Origin: Alphaproteobacteria bacterium
Lineage (GTDB): Bacteria; Pseudomonadota; Alphaproteobacteria; UBA828
Direction of reading: 5' to 3'
Assembly (NCBI GenBank): GCA_965248825.1
Contig: CBDFKL010000004.1
Coordinates: 18,910 to 82,909 of the forward strand
Length of the DNA: 64,000 nucleotides
Both the position numbers and the translations under genes were made by a program. Positions 12,083 through 21,793 of this stretch are shown here, one piece after another (within the stretch, counting starts at the first letter, position 1; every line of letters starts with the position of its first letter). Under the pieces are notes generated by a model. It searched no databases, was not told the origin of the DNA, and saw only the letters and a program-made list of their open reading frames with translations.

Positions 12083-13156
12083 CTATCCGCCGACCTCCAC
12101 ATGGGCCTCGGCGACCGGCGTCTCGGCCGCCATCGGATCGAGCCCGGCGCTCTGACGAACCGCACGGGCGATCGCATCGGCCGTCTCCGCGTGCTCGGCG
12201 AGGAATTGCTTCGCGTTCTGGCGGCCCTGGCCGATACGCTGGCTGTCATAGGAATACCAGGAGCCCGACTTTTCGATGATGCCGGCCTTGAGGCCGAGGT
12301 CGATCAACTCGCCGGTGCGCGAGATGCCTTGGCCGTACATGATGTCGAACTCCACGAAGCGGAAGGGTGGGGCGAGCTTGTTCTTGACCACCTTGACCCG
12401 GGTCTGGTTGCCGACGACCTCGTCCCGGTCCTTGATGGCGCCGATGCGGCGAATGTCGAGCCGGACCGAGGCGTAGAATTTCAGCGCGTTGCCGCCGGAG
12501 GTGGTTTCGGGGCTGCCGAACATCACGCCGATCTTCATGCGGATCTGGTTGATGAAGATGACGCAGCAGCGCGAGCGCGCGATCGAGGCGGTGAGCTTGC
12601 GCAGCGCTTGACTCATCAGCCTCGCCTGAAGGCCGACATGGGTATCGCCCATCTCGCCTTCGAGCTCGGCGCGCGGCACCAGCGCCGCGACGCTGTCGAT
12701 CACCACCATCTCGATCGCGCCGGAGCGGACCAGCGTGTCCGTGATCTCGAGCGCCTGCTCGCCGGCATCGGGCTGGGAGATCAACAGCTCATCGACATCG
12801 ACCCCCAATTTCCTGGCATAGACCGGGTCGAGCGCGTGCTCAGCGTCGATGAACGCGCAGGTGCCGCCAAGCTTCTGCGCCTCGGCGACGCAGGAGAGGG
12901 CGAGAGTGGTCTTGCCCGAGCTCTCGGGCCCGTAGATCTCGACGACCCGACCGCGCGGAATGCCGCCGATGCCGAGCGCCACGTCGAGCCCGATGGAGCC
13001 GGTCGGGATCGCCTCCACCTCGACCGCGGCGCCGGCGCCGAGCTTCATGACCGAGCCCTTGCCGAAGGCCCGCTCGATCTGGCTGAGCGCCGCGTCCAGC
13101 GCTCTCTGCTTGTCCATCGAATCCTCGGAAACCACGCGAAGCGCCGTATTCGCCAT
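12083..13156 (-). CDS. recA: Recombinase RecA
   Basis: Walker [10 protein letters not shown] and the canonical RecA core. ATG 13156 has GGAGG 7 nt upstream (an alternative ATG lies at 13168). Confidence 0.95.
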   Translation of the reverse strand: MANTALRVVSEDSMDKQRALDAALSQIERAFGKGSVMKLGAGAAVEVEAIPTGSIGLDVALGIGGIPRGRVVEIYGPESSGKTTLALSCVAEAQKLGGTCAFIDAEHALDPVYARKLGVDVDELLISQPDAGEQALEITDTLVRSGAIEMVVIDSVAALVPRAELEGEMGDTHVGLQARLMSQALRKLTASIARSRCCVIFINQIRMKIGVMFGSPETTSGGNALKFYASVRLDIRRIGAIKDRDEVVGNQTRVKVVKNKLAPPFRFVEFDIMYGQGISRTGELIDLGLKAGIIEKSGSWYSYDSQRIGQGRQNAKQFLAEHAETADAIARAVRQSAGLDPMAAETPVAEAHVEVGG

Positions 13157-13205
13157 GCTCGCCTCCATATTCCACAGCCGCCCAACCGATGCAATGATTG
13201 CATGT

Positions 13206-13220
13206 GTACATGGTTTGTTC
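13206..13220 (-). promoter_or_regulatory. Candidate alphaproteobacterial SOS (LexA) box upstream of recA
   Basis: GTACATGGTTTGTTC on the + strand reads GAAC-N7-GTAC on the recA strand. That is one mismatch to the GAAC-N7-GAAC direct repeat, about 50 nt upstream of the start. Confidence 0.4.
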
Positions 13221-13583
13221 CTATCGCGCAAGCGAAATCGTCACCGGATGCGGAACATGAACCACCGGCCGTCTCGGTGGGGGCATACCGGCTCGTCACC
13301 CTCCGGTCGTCGTGCTACGGTTCGGGCCAACAAGCCGGGAGAGCCGTCTGGGACATTCCGGTTGATCGGCGTCGCAAAAGACGCCGAGGGCGCCTCCCGC
13401 TTTCAAAAGCGAAAATCGAGAAACAGGGAGTGCGGGTCATGGACGACCGCACCCGGCGGCTGATGGAGGATGGCGGCTATTACGGCTAACGAGGCGGGCC
13501 GACGCTCGATCTAGCCGCGTGACGGGGCCGGGGCGCGCCGCCCCGGCTTCCCGGCGCCAGCTGCGCGCGCGAGGGAGAGGACG

Positions 13584-13877
13584 ATGACCGTGTTGCTGGT
13601 GGTGCGCTTGACGGCGAAGCCGGGGAAGGGCGCCGCGTTGAAGGAGCTGATCCTGCCCTATGTCGGGGACGGCGGCGGCATCGAGGGCTGCTCGGGCATC
13701 GAGCTGGCTGTCGATGCCGGCGCCCCGGATCGCCTGCTCATCCTCGAGCGATGGACCTCGGTAGAGGCGCACAAGACCCATCTCGCCGCGTTGCAGGATG
13801 CGGGTGGGATGGACGCGTTGCTGGCGCTCGTGGCCGAGCCGCCGGAGCGCTCCTATTACACGCAGGTTCCCGGGTAG
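13584..13877 (+). CDS. Antibiotic-biosynthesis-monooxygenase (ABM) domain protein / putative quinol monooxygenase
   Basis: 97-aa ORF with a ferredoxin-like ABM pattern ([14 protein letters not shown]...[17 protein letters not shown]). Confidence 0.7.
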   Translation: MTVLLVVRLTAKPGKGAALKELILPYVGDGGGIEGCSGIELAVDAGAPDRLLILERWTSVEAHKTHLAALQDAGGMDALLALVAEPPERSYYTQVPG

Positions 13878-13924
13878 CCACGCGAACGGCCGGCAATGGG
13901 TCAGGTTTTCTCGAGGGGAGTGAT

Positions 13925-14368
13925 ATGAGGGCGCTGGTTCAGCGCGTCTCCGAGGCCGGCGTCGCGGTGGCGGGCGAGACGATTGGCCGGATCGAGAACG
14001 GCATGCTGGTCCTGGTCTGCGCGATGGCGGGCGATAGCGACGAAGAGGCCCGGTTGCTCGCCCGGAAGGTCGCCAATTTGCGCATCTTCGAGGACGAGCA
14101 GGGCAAGATGAACAAATCCGTCCTCGACAGCGGCGGTGCCGCGCTGGTCGTCAGCCAATTCACCCTCGCCGCCGATACCAGCCGCGGCAACAGGCCGGGC
14201 TTCTCCCGCGCCGCGCCGCCCGCGGAGGGCGAGCGGCTCTATGAGCTGTTCACCGGCCTGTTGTCGGAGCACGGCGTTGCGGCGCAGACCGGGCGGTTCG
14301 GTGCGGAGATGAAGGTCCATCTCGTCAATGACGGCCCGGTCACGATCTGGCTGGACACCGAGAATTGA
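13925..14368 (+). CDS. dtd: D-aminoacyl-tRNA deacylase
   Basis: [13 protein letters not shown]...[22 protein letters not shown]... is typical of Dtd. Start at ATG 13925. Confidence 0.9.
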   Translation: MRALVQRVSEAGVAVAGETIGRIENGMLVLVCAMAGDSDEEARLLARKVANLRIFEDEQGKMNKSVLDSGGAALVVSQFTLAADTSRGNRPGFSRAAPPAEGERLYELFTGLLSEHGVAAQTGRFGAEMKVHLVNDGPVTIWLDTEN

Positions 14369-14375
14369 CCATCAC

Positions 14376-14708
14376 TCACGCAACCGCGGCGTCGGGTTCG
14401 TTGCCCGGCAGGGCGATCGTGAGCATGAGCGAGGAGAGGCTCTTGCCGTGGATGTCGAGCGCGCCGGTTGCGGTGACGCCGCCGCCCCGCACTCCGTCGA
14501 TGACGAAGTTGAGCGAGCGCAGGTTCGGCAACGCGTAGCGGCGGACCGGACCGTCGGCGAGCGCCGCGAACGCCGCCGCGACCCGTGCCTCGGTCAACTC
14601 GCGCAGGAGCCGCTCATATCCGGCGTCGTCATAGGCGGTGACCGAGACGTTGACGGCATGCCCCTTGTCGCCGGCGCGGGCATGGGCGAGGTCGCGCACC
14701 GTGAGCAC
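14376..14708 (-). CDS. Small AtuA-associated protein (DUF4387-like)
   Basis: 110-aa ORF whose start overlaps the stop of the DUF1446 gene. RDLAHARAGDKG... resembles the DUF4387 N-terminus. The assignment comes from context plus weak motif recall. Confidence 0.5.
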   Translation of the reverse strand: MLTVRDLAHARAGDKGHAVNVSVTAYDDAGYERLLRELTEARVAAAFAALADGPVRRYALPNLRSLNFVIDGVRGGGVTATGALDIHGKSLSSLMLTIALPGNEPDAAVA

Positions 14709-16054
14709 TACGCGGCCTCGACCAGCTCGATGCGCGGTCGCACCAGGGCCCGCGGCAACAGCACCGATTGCACCGCCAGGATCTCGCGAACCGCCGCGAA
14801 ATCGCCGGCGCCGCCCGCCGGCCCGTTGGTGTAAAGCGCAGTGACCTCGAAGCCCACCGCGTCTGCCGCCTTGCGGTCCTGGGTGCGGCCGGTAACCCGG
14901 AGCCTGACCTCGTAGGGCTCGGGACGGGTGCGATCGGGGCCGTGCAAACTGTCGAGGCCGATCAACTCGGCGCGGAACTCGTCATAGGCGAAGCCCCGCA
15001 GGCGCAGCCGCTCCGCCACGACGTCACCGGCGAGCCGCGCCCGCGCGACCGCGTTCGGGCCGCCATAGGAGAGCTGGCCCTCGCCGAGATAGCCATCGAA
15101 ATAGCCGACGCTGACCTTGTATGTCGCGGTGCGCGGGCCCGCCCGCGCACCGCTCAGCGCCACTCGGTCCTCGCCGGCTTCCGCCAAAGCCACCTGGCTC
15201 AGATCGAGCACGCAATCGGGCGTGACATAGGCCGCGGGGTCGTCGATTTCGTAGAGGAGCTGCTCGGTGCAGGTCGCGACGTCGACCCGCCCGCCCGCGT
15301 CGCGAAGCTTGCCGATGGTCACGCCGCCTTCGCGGGTCACGTCGGCGAAGGGGAAGCCGAGGCGGGCGAGCGCGGGCACGTCCTTGACGCCGGGGTCGGC
15401 GAAATAGCCGCCGGTCACCTGACCCGCGCATTCGAGCAGGTGTCCGGCCGCCGCGGCCTGGGCGAGCCGGGCGTCCTCGTCATAGGACCAACCGAGGGCG
15501 TAAAGGATCGGACCGACGAAAAGCGAGGGATCGGCGACCCGGCCGGTCATCACCACCGGCGCGCCGGTCGCCAGGGCTTGGCCGACGGCGTCCGCGCCGA
15601 GATAGGCATTGGCGGAGGCCATGCGCGGCAGGATGCTCTCGAGCGGCGCGCCGGTCTCCATCAGGGCGAGCGCGGGGCGGGCCGCGATCACCTTGCGCAC
15701 GTCGTCGCCGAGCAGGACCGCGCAGCGCCGGTCGCGAAGCCCGAGATCGGTCGCGATCTCGGAGGTTTTGCGGCCGGCCGCCAGCGGATCGGCCGCGCCC
15801 ATATTGCTGAGCAAGCGCACCCCGCGGGCTGCGCAGGCCGGCAGGACCGCGCGCAGACGGTCTTCGAGCTGGGGGTTGTAGCCGGTGCCTCGCCCGCGCC
15901 GCATGGCGAGCGTCTCGCGCGCGATCGTCCGCTCGGCGAGGCATTCGAACGCGATATAGTCGAGGCCGCCCCGCTCGACCAGCTCCACCGCCGGCTCCCA
16001 GCGGTCGCCGGCGAAGCCCGCGCCTGAGCCGATCCGCACCCGCTCGGCCGTCAT
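14708..16054 (-). CDS. Acyclic-terpene-utilisation AtuA-family protein (DUF1446)
   Basis: 448-aa ORF. VRIGSGAGFAGDRWEPAVELVERGGLDYIAFECLAERTIA matches the DUF1446 N-terminal pattern. Confidence 0.7.
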   Translation of the reverse strand: MTAERVRIGSGAGFAGDRWEPAVELVERGGLDYIAFECLAERTIARETLAMRRGRGTGYNPQLEDRLRAVLPACAARGVRLLSNMGAADPLAAGRKTSEIATDLGLRDRRCAVLLGDDVRKVIAARPALALMETGAPLESILPRMASANAYLGADAVGQALATGAPVVMTGRVADPSLFVGPILYALGWSYDEDARLAQAAAAGHLLECAGQVTGGYFADPGVKDVPALARLGFPFADVTREGGVTIGKLRDAGGRVDVATCTEQLLYEIDDPAAYVTPDCVLDLSQVALAEAGEDRVALSGARAGPRTATYKVSVGYFDGYLGEGQLSYGGPNAVARARLAGDVVAERLRLRGFAYDEFRAELIGLDSLHGPDRTRPEPYEVRLRVTGRTQDRKAADAVGFEVTALYTNGPAGGAGDFAAVREILAVQSVLLPRALVRPRIELVEAA

Positions 16055-16178
16055 CGCTCGCCCTTTTACCTGCTTACCGGGGGCGGCCAGTCGGGCTTCG
16101 TCGCCCCCCGGCCTTGCGGGCAGTCACCCGCGCCGCGCGCGGCCCCGGCTCCTGGCCGTCGCGATAAGGGAGGCGTGT

Positions 16179-18596
16179 CTACGAGACCTGGCCCGCCGCC
16201 CGATCGGCGCGCGCCTCCTGGATCGAGCGCCAGAGCGTGTTGGGCCTGAGCGGAAGCTCCGTGATCTCGATGCCGAACGGGCTGAGCGCGTCGCAGATCG
16301 CGTTGCACAGCGTGCCCGGCACGTCGGACGGCCGGCCCTCGCCGATGCCGCGGGTGCCGAGCGGCGTATAGGGGCAGGGCGTCGGCGCGTGAGTGACCTT
16401 GATGTCCGGCACGTCGGCCGCGGTCGCAAGCTTGTAGGTCTCGAAATCAGCGGTGAGCTGCTGGCCGTTCTCGTCATAGACGAACTCCTCGAACATGGTG
16501 TTCGAGAGACCCTGGACGATGGCCCCCTGCATCTGCCCTTCGACGATCTGCGGATTGATGATCTGCCCGACATCCTCCGACGTGGTCCAGCTCAAGATCT
16601 CGAACTGGCCGGTATCGATGTCGACCTCGACGGTGCAGACATCGGCGTTGAACGCGATCATGGGCTTTTCGGCCTCGAAAAAGGCGGTGTGCTCCAGGCC
16701 GCCCGATTCGCCCGCCGGCAGGTTGATCGGCGCCATGATGATGCGCTCGACCGCTTCGCGGAAGGTCTTCTTGATGTTCGCATCCTTGGTGTAGGTCACG
16801 AAGCCGTCCTCGAAGATGAAGTCTGCCGGGCTCGCCTCCGAGAGCTCGAGATCGTGGGCCATGATGCGCGCGATCTTCTCCTTGAGGTGCTCGCAGGCCT
16901 GGACCGCGGCGCTGACGAAATAGGAACCGGCCCGGGCGCCGACCGTGCCGGAGCCGAACGGCGTCGTCCCCGTGTCGCCGGTGGTCACGACGGTGTCGTT
17001 CGGGTGGATCCCGAAGCTGTGGGCCACGGCCTGGGCGACCGTCGTCTCGTGCCCCTGTCCGCCCGGCGCATCGCCCTCGAAGACCAGCACCTTGCCGCGC
17101 GGGTCGAGCCGTACCGTCGCCGCGCCGTAACCGGGCTGATTTTCCATCGGGACGAACAGCTCGGAGGCCACGCCCGACAGCTCGACGCCGAGCCCGAAGC
17201 CGATCCCGAGATAGCGGCCCTCCGTGCGCGCCGCCTCCTGGCGCTTGCGGAAGCCCGGCAGGTCGGCCTCCGCCATCAGATTGTCCCACACCTTGATAAA
17301 ATCGCCGCTGTCGAAATACTCGTTCGTGATCGAGGTATAGGGCAGGGTGGCGACCAGGTTCTTGCGGCGCAGGTCCGCCGGCTCCATGCCGCATTTCTTG
17401 GCCACCATGTCGATCGCCCGTTCGATCGCGAAGCGGGTCGGAAACTCGCCGAAGGCACGGGCCGGCGAGAGCGCGGACTTGTTGGTGACGGCGACCTTTA
17501 CCTTCACATCGCCGATCGGCCAGTCATAGGCGTTGGGAAGCTCGACCGAGCCGAGGAACGGCATGAGGAAACCCCAATAGACGCCCTCGCAGCCGTCGCC
17601 GCAGTCTGCCAGGCCGCTATTGCGAAGCGCGAGGAGCCTGCCGTCGCCGGTCGCCGCGACCTCGAGGTCGTGTACCTGATCGCGCTCTTGGCTAACCGCC
17701 ATCAAATGCTCTTGACGGCTTTCGACCCAGCGCACCGGGCGGCCGAGGGTTTTCGTAAGATACGCCACCAGTATCGGCTCGCGATAGAACGGCGCCTTGA
17801 CGCCGAACCCGCCGCCCTGATCGCGCGGCGCGATGATGCGGACTTTCTCGGCGGAGATTTCGAGGATGTCCGAGAGGGCGAGCCGATCGATATGCGGCCG
17901 CTGGGTCGTGATCCAGCCGATCAGGCCGTCCGATTCGTCCCAATCGAACAGCGCGCCGCGGGTCTCCATCGGCGTGACGCCGCAGCGATGGCAGACGAAG
18001 CGCTCCCTGACCACGATGTCGGCGCCGTCGATCGCCTTCTGGACCGCCTTGTCGTTCTCGGCCTGGCTCGCCTCGTCGGCGCCGCCGGTGAAGGTCATCT
18101 CGAACATGATGTTGTTGTCCCAGTCCTCATGGACCAGCGGCGCATCGCTCTTGAGGGCGCTCTCCGGATCGCCCACATAGGGCAGGGCGTCGTAGTCGAC
18201 CGTGATCGCCTCGACCGCGTCCTCGGCGACATAGACATCGCGCGCGACCACGGCCGCCACCGGCTCGCCATGCCACTTCACCTTGCCGACGGCGAGAGGC
18301 CAGTGCTGCGGATAGTTGGCGGGCAGCGCCGGGACCACGACCGGCTGGGGCATCGGGAGGATCTTGTCCTTGATGTCCTCGCCGGTAACCACCGCGACGA
18401 CGCCCGGCATCGCCTTGGCTGCGCTCACGTCAATGTTCTTGATCCTGGCATGAGCGTGATCGCTTCGCTTGAACATCAGATGCAACATGCCCGGCTTCGC
18501 GATGTCTGCGAGATACCGGCCCTTGCCGGTGATGAGCCGATGGTCTTCCTTGCGGCTGAATTTCGCGCCGACCCAGCCTTTGCTCTTCCCGGTCAT
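16179..18596 (-). CDS. Xanthine-dehydrogenase-family molybdopterin-binding large subunit (CoxL-like, not a true CODH)
   Basis: About 805 aa from ATG 18596. KEDHRLITGKGRYLADI and the GGGFGVK motif are present. The active-site loop reads SPARAFGEFPTR rather than AYXCSFR. Confidence 0.85.
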   Translation of the reverse strand: MTGKSKGWVGAKFSRKEDHRLITGKGRYLADIAKPGMLHLMFKRSDHAHARIKNIDVSAAKAMPGVVAVVTGEDIKDKILPMPQPVVVPALPANYPQHWPLAVGKVKWHGEPVAAVVARDVYVAEDAVEAITVDYDALPYVGDPESALKSDAPLVHEDWDNNIMFEMTFTGGADEASQAENDKAVQKAIDGADIVVRERFVCHRCGVTPMETRGALFDWDESDGLIGWITTQRPHIDRLALSDILEISAEKVRIIAPRDQGGGFGVKAPFYREPILVAYLTKTLGRPVRWVESRQEHLMAVSQERDQVHDLEVAATGDGRLLALRNSGLADCGDGCEGVYWGFLMPFLGSVELPNAYDWPIGDVKVKVAVTNKSALSPARAFGEFPTRFAIERAIDMVAKKCGMEPADLRRKNLVATLPYTSITNEYFDSGDFIKVWDNLMAEADLPGFRKRQEAARTEGRYLGIGFGLGVELSGVASELFVPMENQPGYGAATVRLDPRGKVLVFEGDAPGGQGHETTVAQAVAHSFGIHPNDTVVTTGDTGTTPFGSGTVGARAGSYFVSAAVQACEHLKEKIARIMAHDLELSEASPADFIFEDGFVTYTKDANIKKTFREAVERIIMAPINLPAGESGGLEHTAFFEAEKPMIAFNADVCTVEVDIDTGQFEILSWTTSEDVGQIINPQIVEGQMQGAIVQGLSNTMFEEFVYDENGQQLTADFETYKLATAADVPDIKVTHAPTPCPYTPLGTRGIGEGRPSDVPGTLCNAICDALSPFGIEITELPLRPNTLWRSIQEARADRAAGQVS

Positions 18597-18610
18597 CCGA
18601 TGGTTCTCCG

Positions 18611-19084
18611 TCAGCTGGTCTGTCCGGCGGCATGGCGCACGGCGTCGACGATATGCGCATAGCCGGTGCACCGGCAGAGATTACCGATCAACCCATGGCG
18701 GATTTCCTCATCGGTCGGATCAGGGTTCTCGCGCAGGAATTCGTCCATGTTCATCAGGATGCCCGGCGTGCAGTAGCCACACTGCAGGGCATGATGCTCG
18801 TTGAAGGCCTTTTGCAGGGGCGATAGCGCGCCGTCCTTGGCCAGGCCTTCGACCGTGGTGATCTCGTGTCCGTCGGCCTGGGCCGCCACCATGAGGCAGG
18901 ATTTCACCGCGGCGCCGTCCAGTTGGACCGTGCAGGCGCCGCAGACGCCCTCATAGGTGCAGCCGACATGGGTCCCGGTGAGCCCCGCCTTTTCGCGAAT
19001 GAAGTCGACCAGCAGCATGCGAACCGGCACGGTCTCCTCATGGGCTTCGCCGTTGATCGTCACCCTAATCGTCGTGTTGCCCAT
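18611..19084 (-). CDS. (2Fe-2S)-binding small subunit (CoxS-like)
   Basis: CTYEGVCGACTV and CGYCTPG / CRCTGY cysteine clusters. Confidence 0.9.
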   Translation of the reverse strand: MGNTTIRVTINGEAHEETVPVRMLLVDFIREKAGLTGTHVGCTYEGVCGACTVQLDGAAVKSCLMVAAQADGHEITTVEGLAKDGALSPLQKAFNEHHALQCGYCTPGILMNMDEFLRENPDPTDEEIRHGLIGNLCRCTGYAHIVDAVRHAAGQTS

Positions 19085-19103
19085 TCCCTGGAACTCCCGT
19101 CAA

Positions 19104-19982
19104 CTAGCCGGCCGCCCGCGCCAAGGCCGTTGCTGCGACCTCGGCACCGAGCGAGCGGATGAGCTGCTTGCGGTAGTCACGATCGGCCCACAGGTCTTCC
19201 TGGGTCTCGATCTCGCCGGCGGCCGCGTCAAGGGCGACCGCGATTCCGGCCTCGTCGTCCGGTGCGAGACCGGCCAACGCCGCTTCGGCGGCTCCCGATC
19301 GCTGCGGCCCGGTGGCGAGCCCGCCGACCGCGACCCGGGCACGGGCGCAGCGCCCGCCCTCCACCTCGACGGCGACGCAGACGCCGATCACCGGCAGCGC
19401 ATCGGCGACCAAGCCCCATTTCTTGTAGGCGCTGCCGGCGTTCGCCTTCGCGGGCGGCAGCGTGATCGCGGTCAGAATCTCGTTCTCCTCCCGCGCCGTC
19501 TCGAGCGGCCCTCCGATGAAGTCCTCCGCCTCGAGGCGCCGCACCGCGCCGTCCGGCGCCGTCAGCTCCACTGTCGCCCCGATGCCGATCGCGGTCGGCG
19601 GCATGCAGGCGGCTACGTAGTTCCAGCAGAGGCTGCCGCCGATGGTGCCCCGGTTGCGGACCTGGCGGTCGCCGATCCGTCTCGCGGCGTCGCGGAGCGC
19701 CTCATAGGCGCCGTCCAAGCGTTTCTCGCGGGCGAGCGACGCGTAACGGGTCATCGGCCCGATTCGGACGCCGTCCGCCCCGATATCGACACCGGAAAGC
19801 GCCGCGATCGCCTGGAGATCGATTAAGCAGCGCGGGCGCAACAGCCGCGCCTTGACCGCTTGCATCAAGCTCTGACCGCCGGCGATGAAAACGGCGTCGC
19901 CCTCGTCATATCGGCCGAGTGCGGCAAGCGCCTCCTCAATCGTCGCCGGCCGCACATAGTCATCGATCGGTGCTGGATACAT
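19104..19982 (-). CDS. FAD-binding medium subunit of a molybdopterin dehydrogenase (CoxM-like)
   Basis: MYPAPIDDYVRPATIEEALAAL...FIAGGQSL...RNRGTIGGSL. Start at ATG 19982. Confidence 0.85.
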   Translation of the reverse strand: MYPAPIDDYVRPATIEEALAALGRYDEGDAVFIAGGQSLMQAVKARLLRPRCLIDLQAIAALSGVDIGADGVRIGPMTRYASLAREKRLDGAYEALRDAARRIGDRQVRNRGTIGGSLCWNYVAACMPPTAIGIGATVELTAPDGAVRRLEAEDFIGGPLETAREENEILTAITLPPAKANAGSAYKKWGLVADALPVIGVCVAVEVEGGRCARARVAVGGLATGPQRSGAAEAALAGLAPDDEAGIAVALDAAAGEIETQEDLWADRDYRKQLIRSLGAEVAATALARAAG

Positions 19983-20206
19983 CCTGGCTGCTCTCCGTCG
20001 ATGCCGGACTCTCGCCGCGGGCTTGCCGTCGCGCCACCATGCCCGTACCGGGACCCGCCGTCCCCCTGACGAGAAGGCCCGCTGCCCGCGCGTCGGTGGC
20101 GCCATTATAGGCGGCGCGAGAGCCGCCGTGCACCGTTGTTTCTCGATATTTCCTGCGTCATCACCGCCGCGCTGGCGCGAGTCACCTCGGCCGGACGCGC
20201 AGCGGG

Positions 20207-20716
20207 CTAGCGCACGAAGTTCTTGACGTAGTCGGCGCCGAGGCCGACCTCCTCATAGTGTTGGCAGGCCCTGTCGAGACGATGAAACACATCCTCGGCG
20301 CGGACGTCCTCGCCTGCCTCGTCGACATAGTTGACCGAGCCCGAGATCGCGAAGAAGCAATGCATCTCGGGGCAGTCGTCGTCGACCACGAGGGTGTGAA
20401 CCTCGCCCGGCGGCTCATAGATGTAGGTCCCCGCATCGGCAACCCAGTCATGTTCGAGATAGCGGAACGCGCCCTTGAGAACGAGGCCGTGGACCGGCGC
20501 CGGGTGCCGGTGGCGTGAGACGAAGCCACCGCCAGTGACCCGCACGACCTCGCACCAGCCGCCCTGCACGGTGTTGAACATGAGCGGCCGCAGCCAGACG
20601 CCCTCCTTCAGAGGCACCCAGACCCGCTCGTCCTCGGGCTCGGTCGGGAGCACGATATCGGGCGGCGAGAAGGGATGCGCGCTCGGCGCACTGACGCGGG
20701 CGATGGCGTGGTTCAT
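20207..20716 (-). CDS. Cupin protein, 2,4'-dihydroxyacetophenone-dioxygenase-like family
   Basis: 169-aa ORF. The cupin motifs HRHPAPVHGLVLKG and YIYEPPGEVHTL, and the overall layout, resemble the DAD family. Confidence 0.6.
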   Translation of the reverse strand: MNHAIARVSAPSAHPFSPPDIVLPTEPEDERVWVPLKEGVWLRPLMFNTVQGGWCEVVRVTGGGFVSRHRHPAPVHGLVLKGAFRYLEHDWVADAGTYIYEPPGEVHTLVVDDDCPEMHCFFAISGSVNYVDEAGEDVRAEDVFHRLDRACQHYEEVGLGADYVKNFVR

Positions 20717-20812
20717 GGAAGCTCTCCTCAGGGGTGAGCGCCGCGGGTGGCACGCGGCACCGAGCCTAATCGATTGCCGCGCCGGTGCAAGCGATCGGGC
20801 CGCGGCAGGGGA

Positions 20813-21673
20813 TCAACCGTCCGGCTTGCGCCCGGTGCCGATGCGGACATGGGCCGCGAGCTGGATCTCGTCGCCCTCCCGGTGGCGTTCAAAGCCGGCG
20901 ACGACGGCCTCCTCGAGGGTGCGGCGCTCGGCCTCGGTCGCGCCGTCAAGCGCCCTGCCGAAGACCATGTCGAACTGGGATTGCCAGAACGGCGCCTCCG
21001 GCGGCACGCGGGGCGCGAAGCGAACCTCGCGCTCCTCGACCGCGGTCAGGCCGCCGCCGCTCAGCGCCGCGCCGAGGGCGCCGGGGGCGCCGAGCCCGAA
21101 GGGTCGAACGAGGTCGATCTCCTCGACCGCGTCGAGCGGCCCGAACACCGCGGCGGCGGCGGCGTTGAAGACCGCGAACATGGTCGTGTCGTCGCGCGGC
21201 CCCCATACCAGATAAGCCGCGCGCCCGCCCGGCTTGAGCACGCGCCGTGCCTCGGCCACCGCGGATACCGGGGCCGGACAGAACATCAGGCCGAAACGGC
21301 AGATCACCCGGTCGAACACGGCGTCCGCATCGGGCAATGCCCGCATGTCGGCGGTCCTGAACGTGATGTTGCGGAGCCCGGCAGCGGCGGCGCGGCGGCG
21401 GGCGGCCAGCATCATCTCCGGGACGAGATCCGTCGCGAAGACCCGACCCTCTTCTCCGACCTGTGCTGCCACGCTCAGCGCGGGCTCGCCCGCGCCGGTC
21501 GCGATGTCGCAGACCCGCTGCCCCGGCGCGATCCCGGCCGCCTCGATCAGCGGCGCATTCATGCGGGCCGCCTGCTCGGCGATGTCGTCCGCTCGCCGGT
21601 CCCAGTGGCGCCCGCGCGCGGCCCAATCGGCCCGCACCCGCTCGGTCTCGCGCCTGATTGCGTCCTCGTCCAT
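20813..21673 (-). CDS. Class I SAM-dependent methyltransferase
   Basis: Motif I VCDIATGAGEPAL and a later acidic loop. Start at ATG 21673. Confidence 0.75.
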   Translation of the reverse strand: MDEDAIRRETERVRADWAARGRHWDRRADDIAEQAARMNAPLIEAAGIAPGQRVCDIATGAGEPALSVAAQVGEEGRVFATDLVPEMMLAARRRAAAAGLRNITFRTADMRALPDADAVFDRVICRFGLMFCPAPVSAVAEARRVLKPGGRAAYLVWGPRDDTTMFAVFNAAAAAVFGPLDAVEEIDLVRPFGLGAPGALGAALSGGGLTAVEEREVRFAPRVPPEAPFWQSQFDMVFGRALDGATEAERRTLEEAVVAGFERHREGDEIQLAAHVRIGTGRKPDG

Positions 21674-21793
21674 GGCGGCGCACTGTCCGCGCCGGGGCAG
21701 CGCTGTCAAGGCCGCTCGGTGCGGAGTCTGTCATGAGCGCCGGGCTTGACGTTATTGTGGCGGCTCGGCGCATCGCGACCAGGGGAGAAGCCA

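Noticed and set aside
13232-13583. 16-codon micro-ORF (MDDRTRRLMEDGGYYG, 13439-13489) and GC hairpins (for example GCCGGGGCG-cgc-CGCCCCGGC at 13527-13547) in the 415-nt recA / ABM intergenic region
   Set aside because: They could be a leader peptide or an sRNA. I cannot support that from sequence alone: the RBS is weak, there is no U-tract terminator, and no known motif is recognised.
16179-19982. Aerobic carbon-monoxide dehydrogenase (coxMSL)
   Set aside because: The gene order fits, but the large subunit lacks the AYXCSFR (form I) or AYRGAGR (form II) loop, and no coxDEFG-type accessory genes are adjacent.
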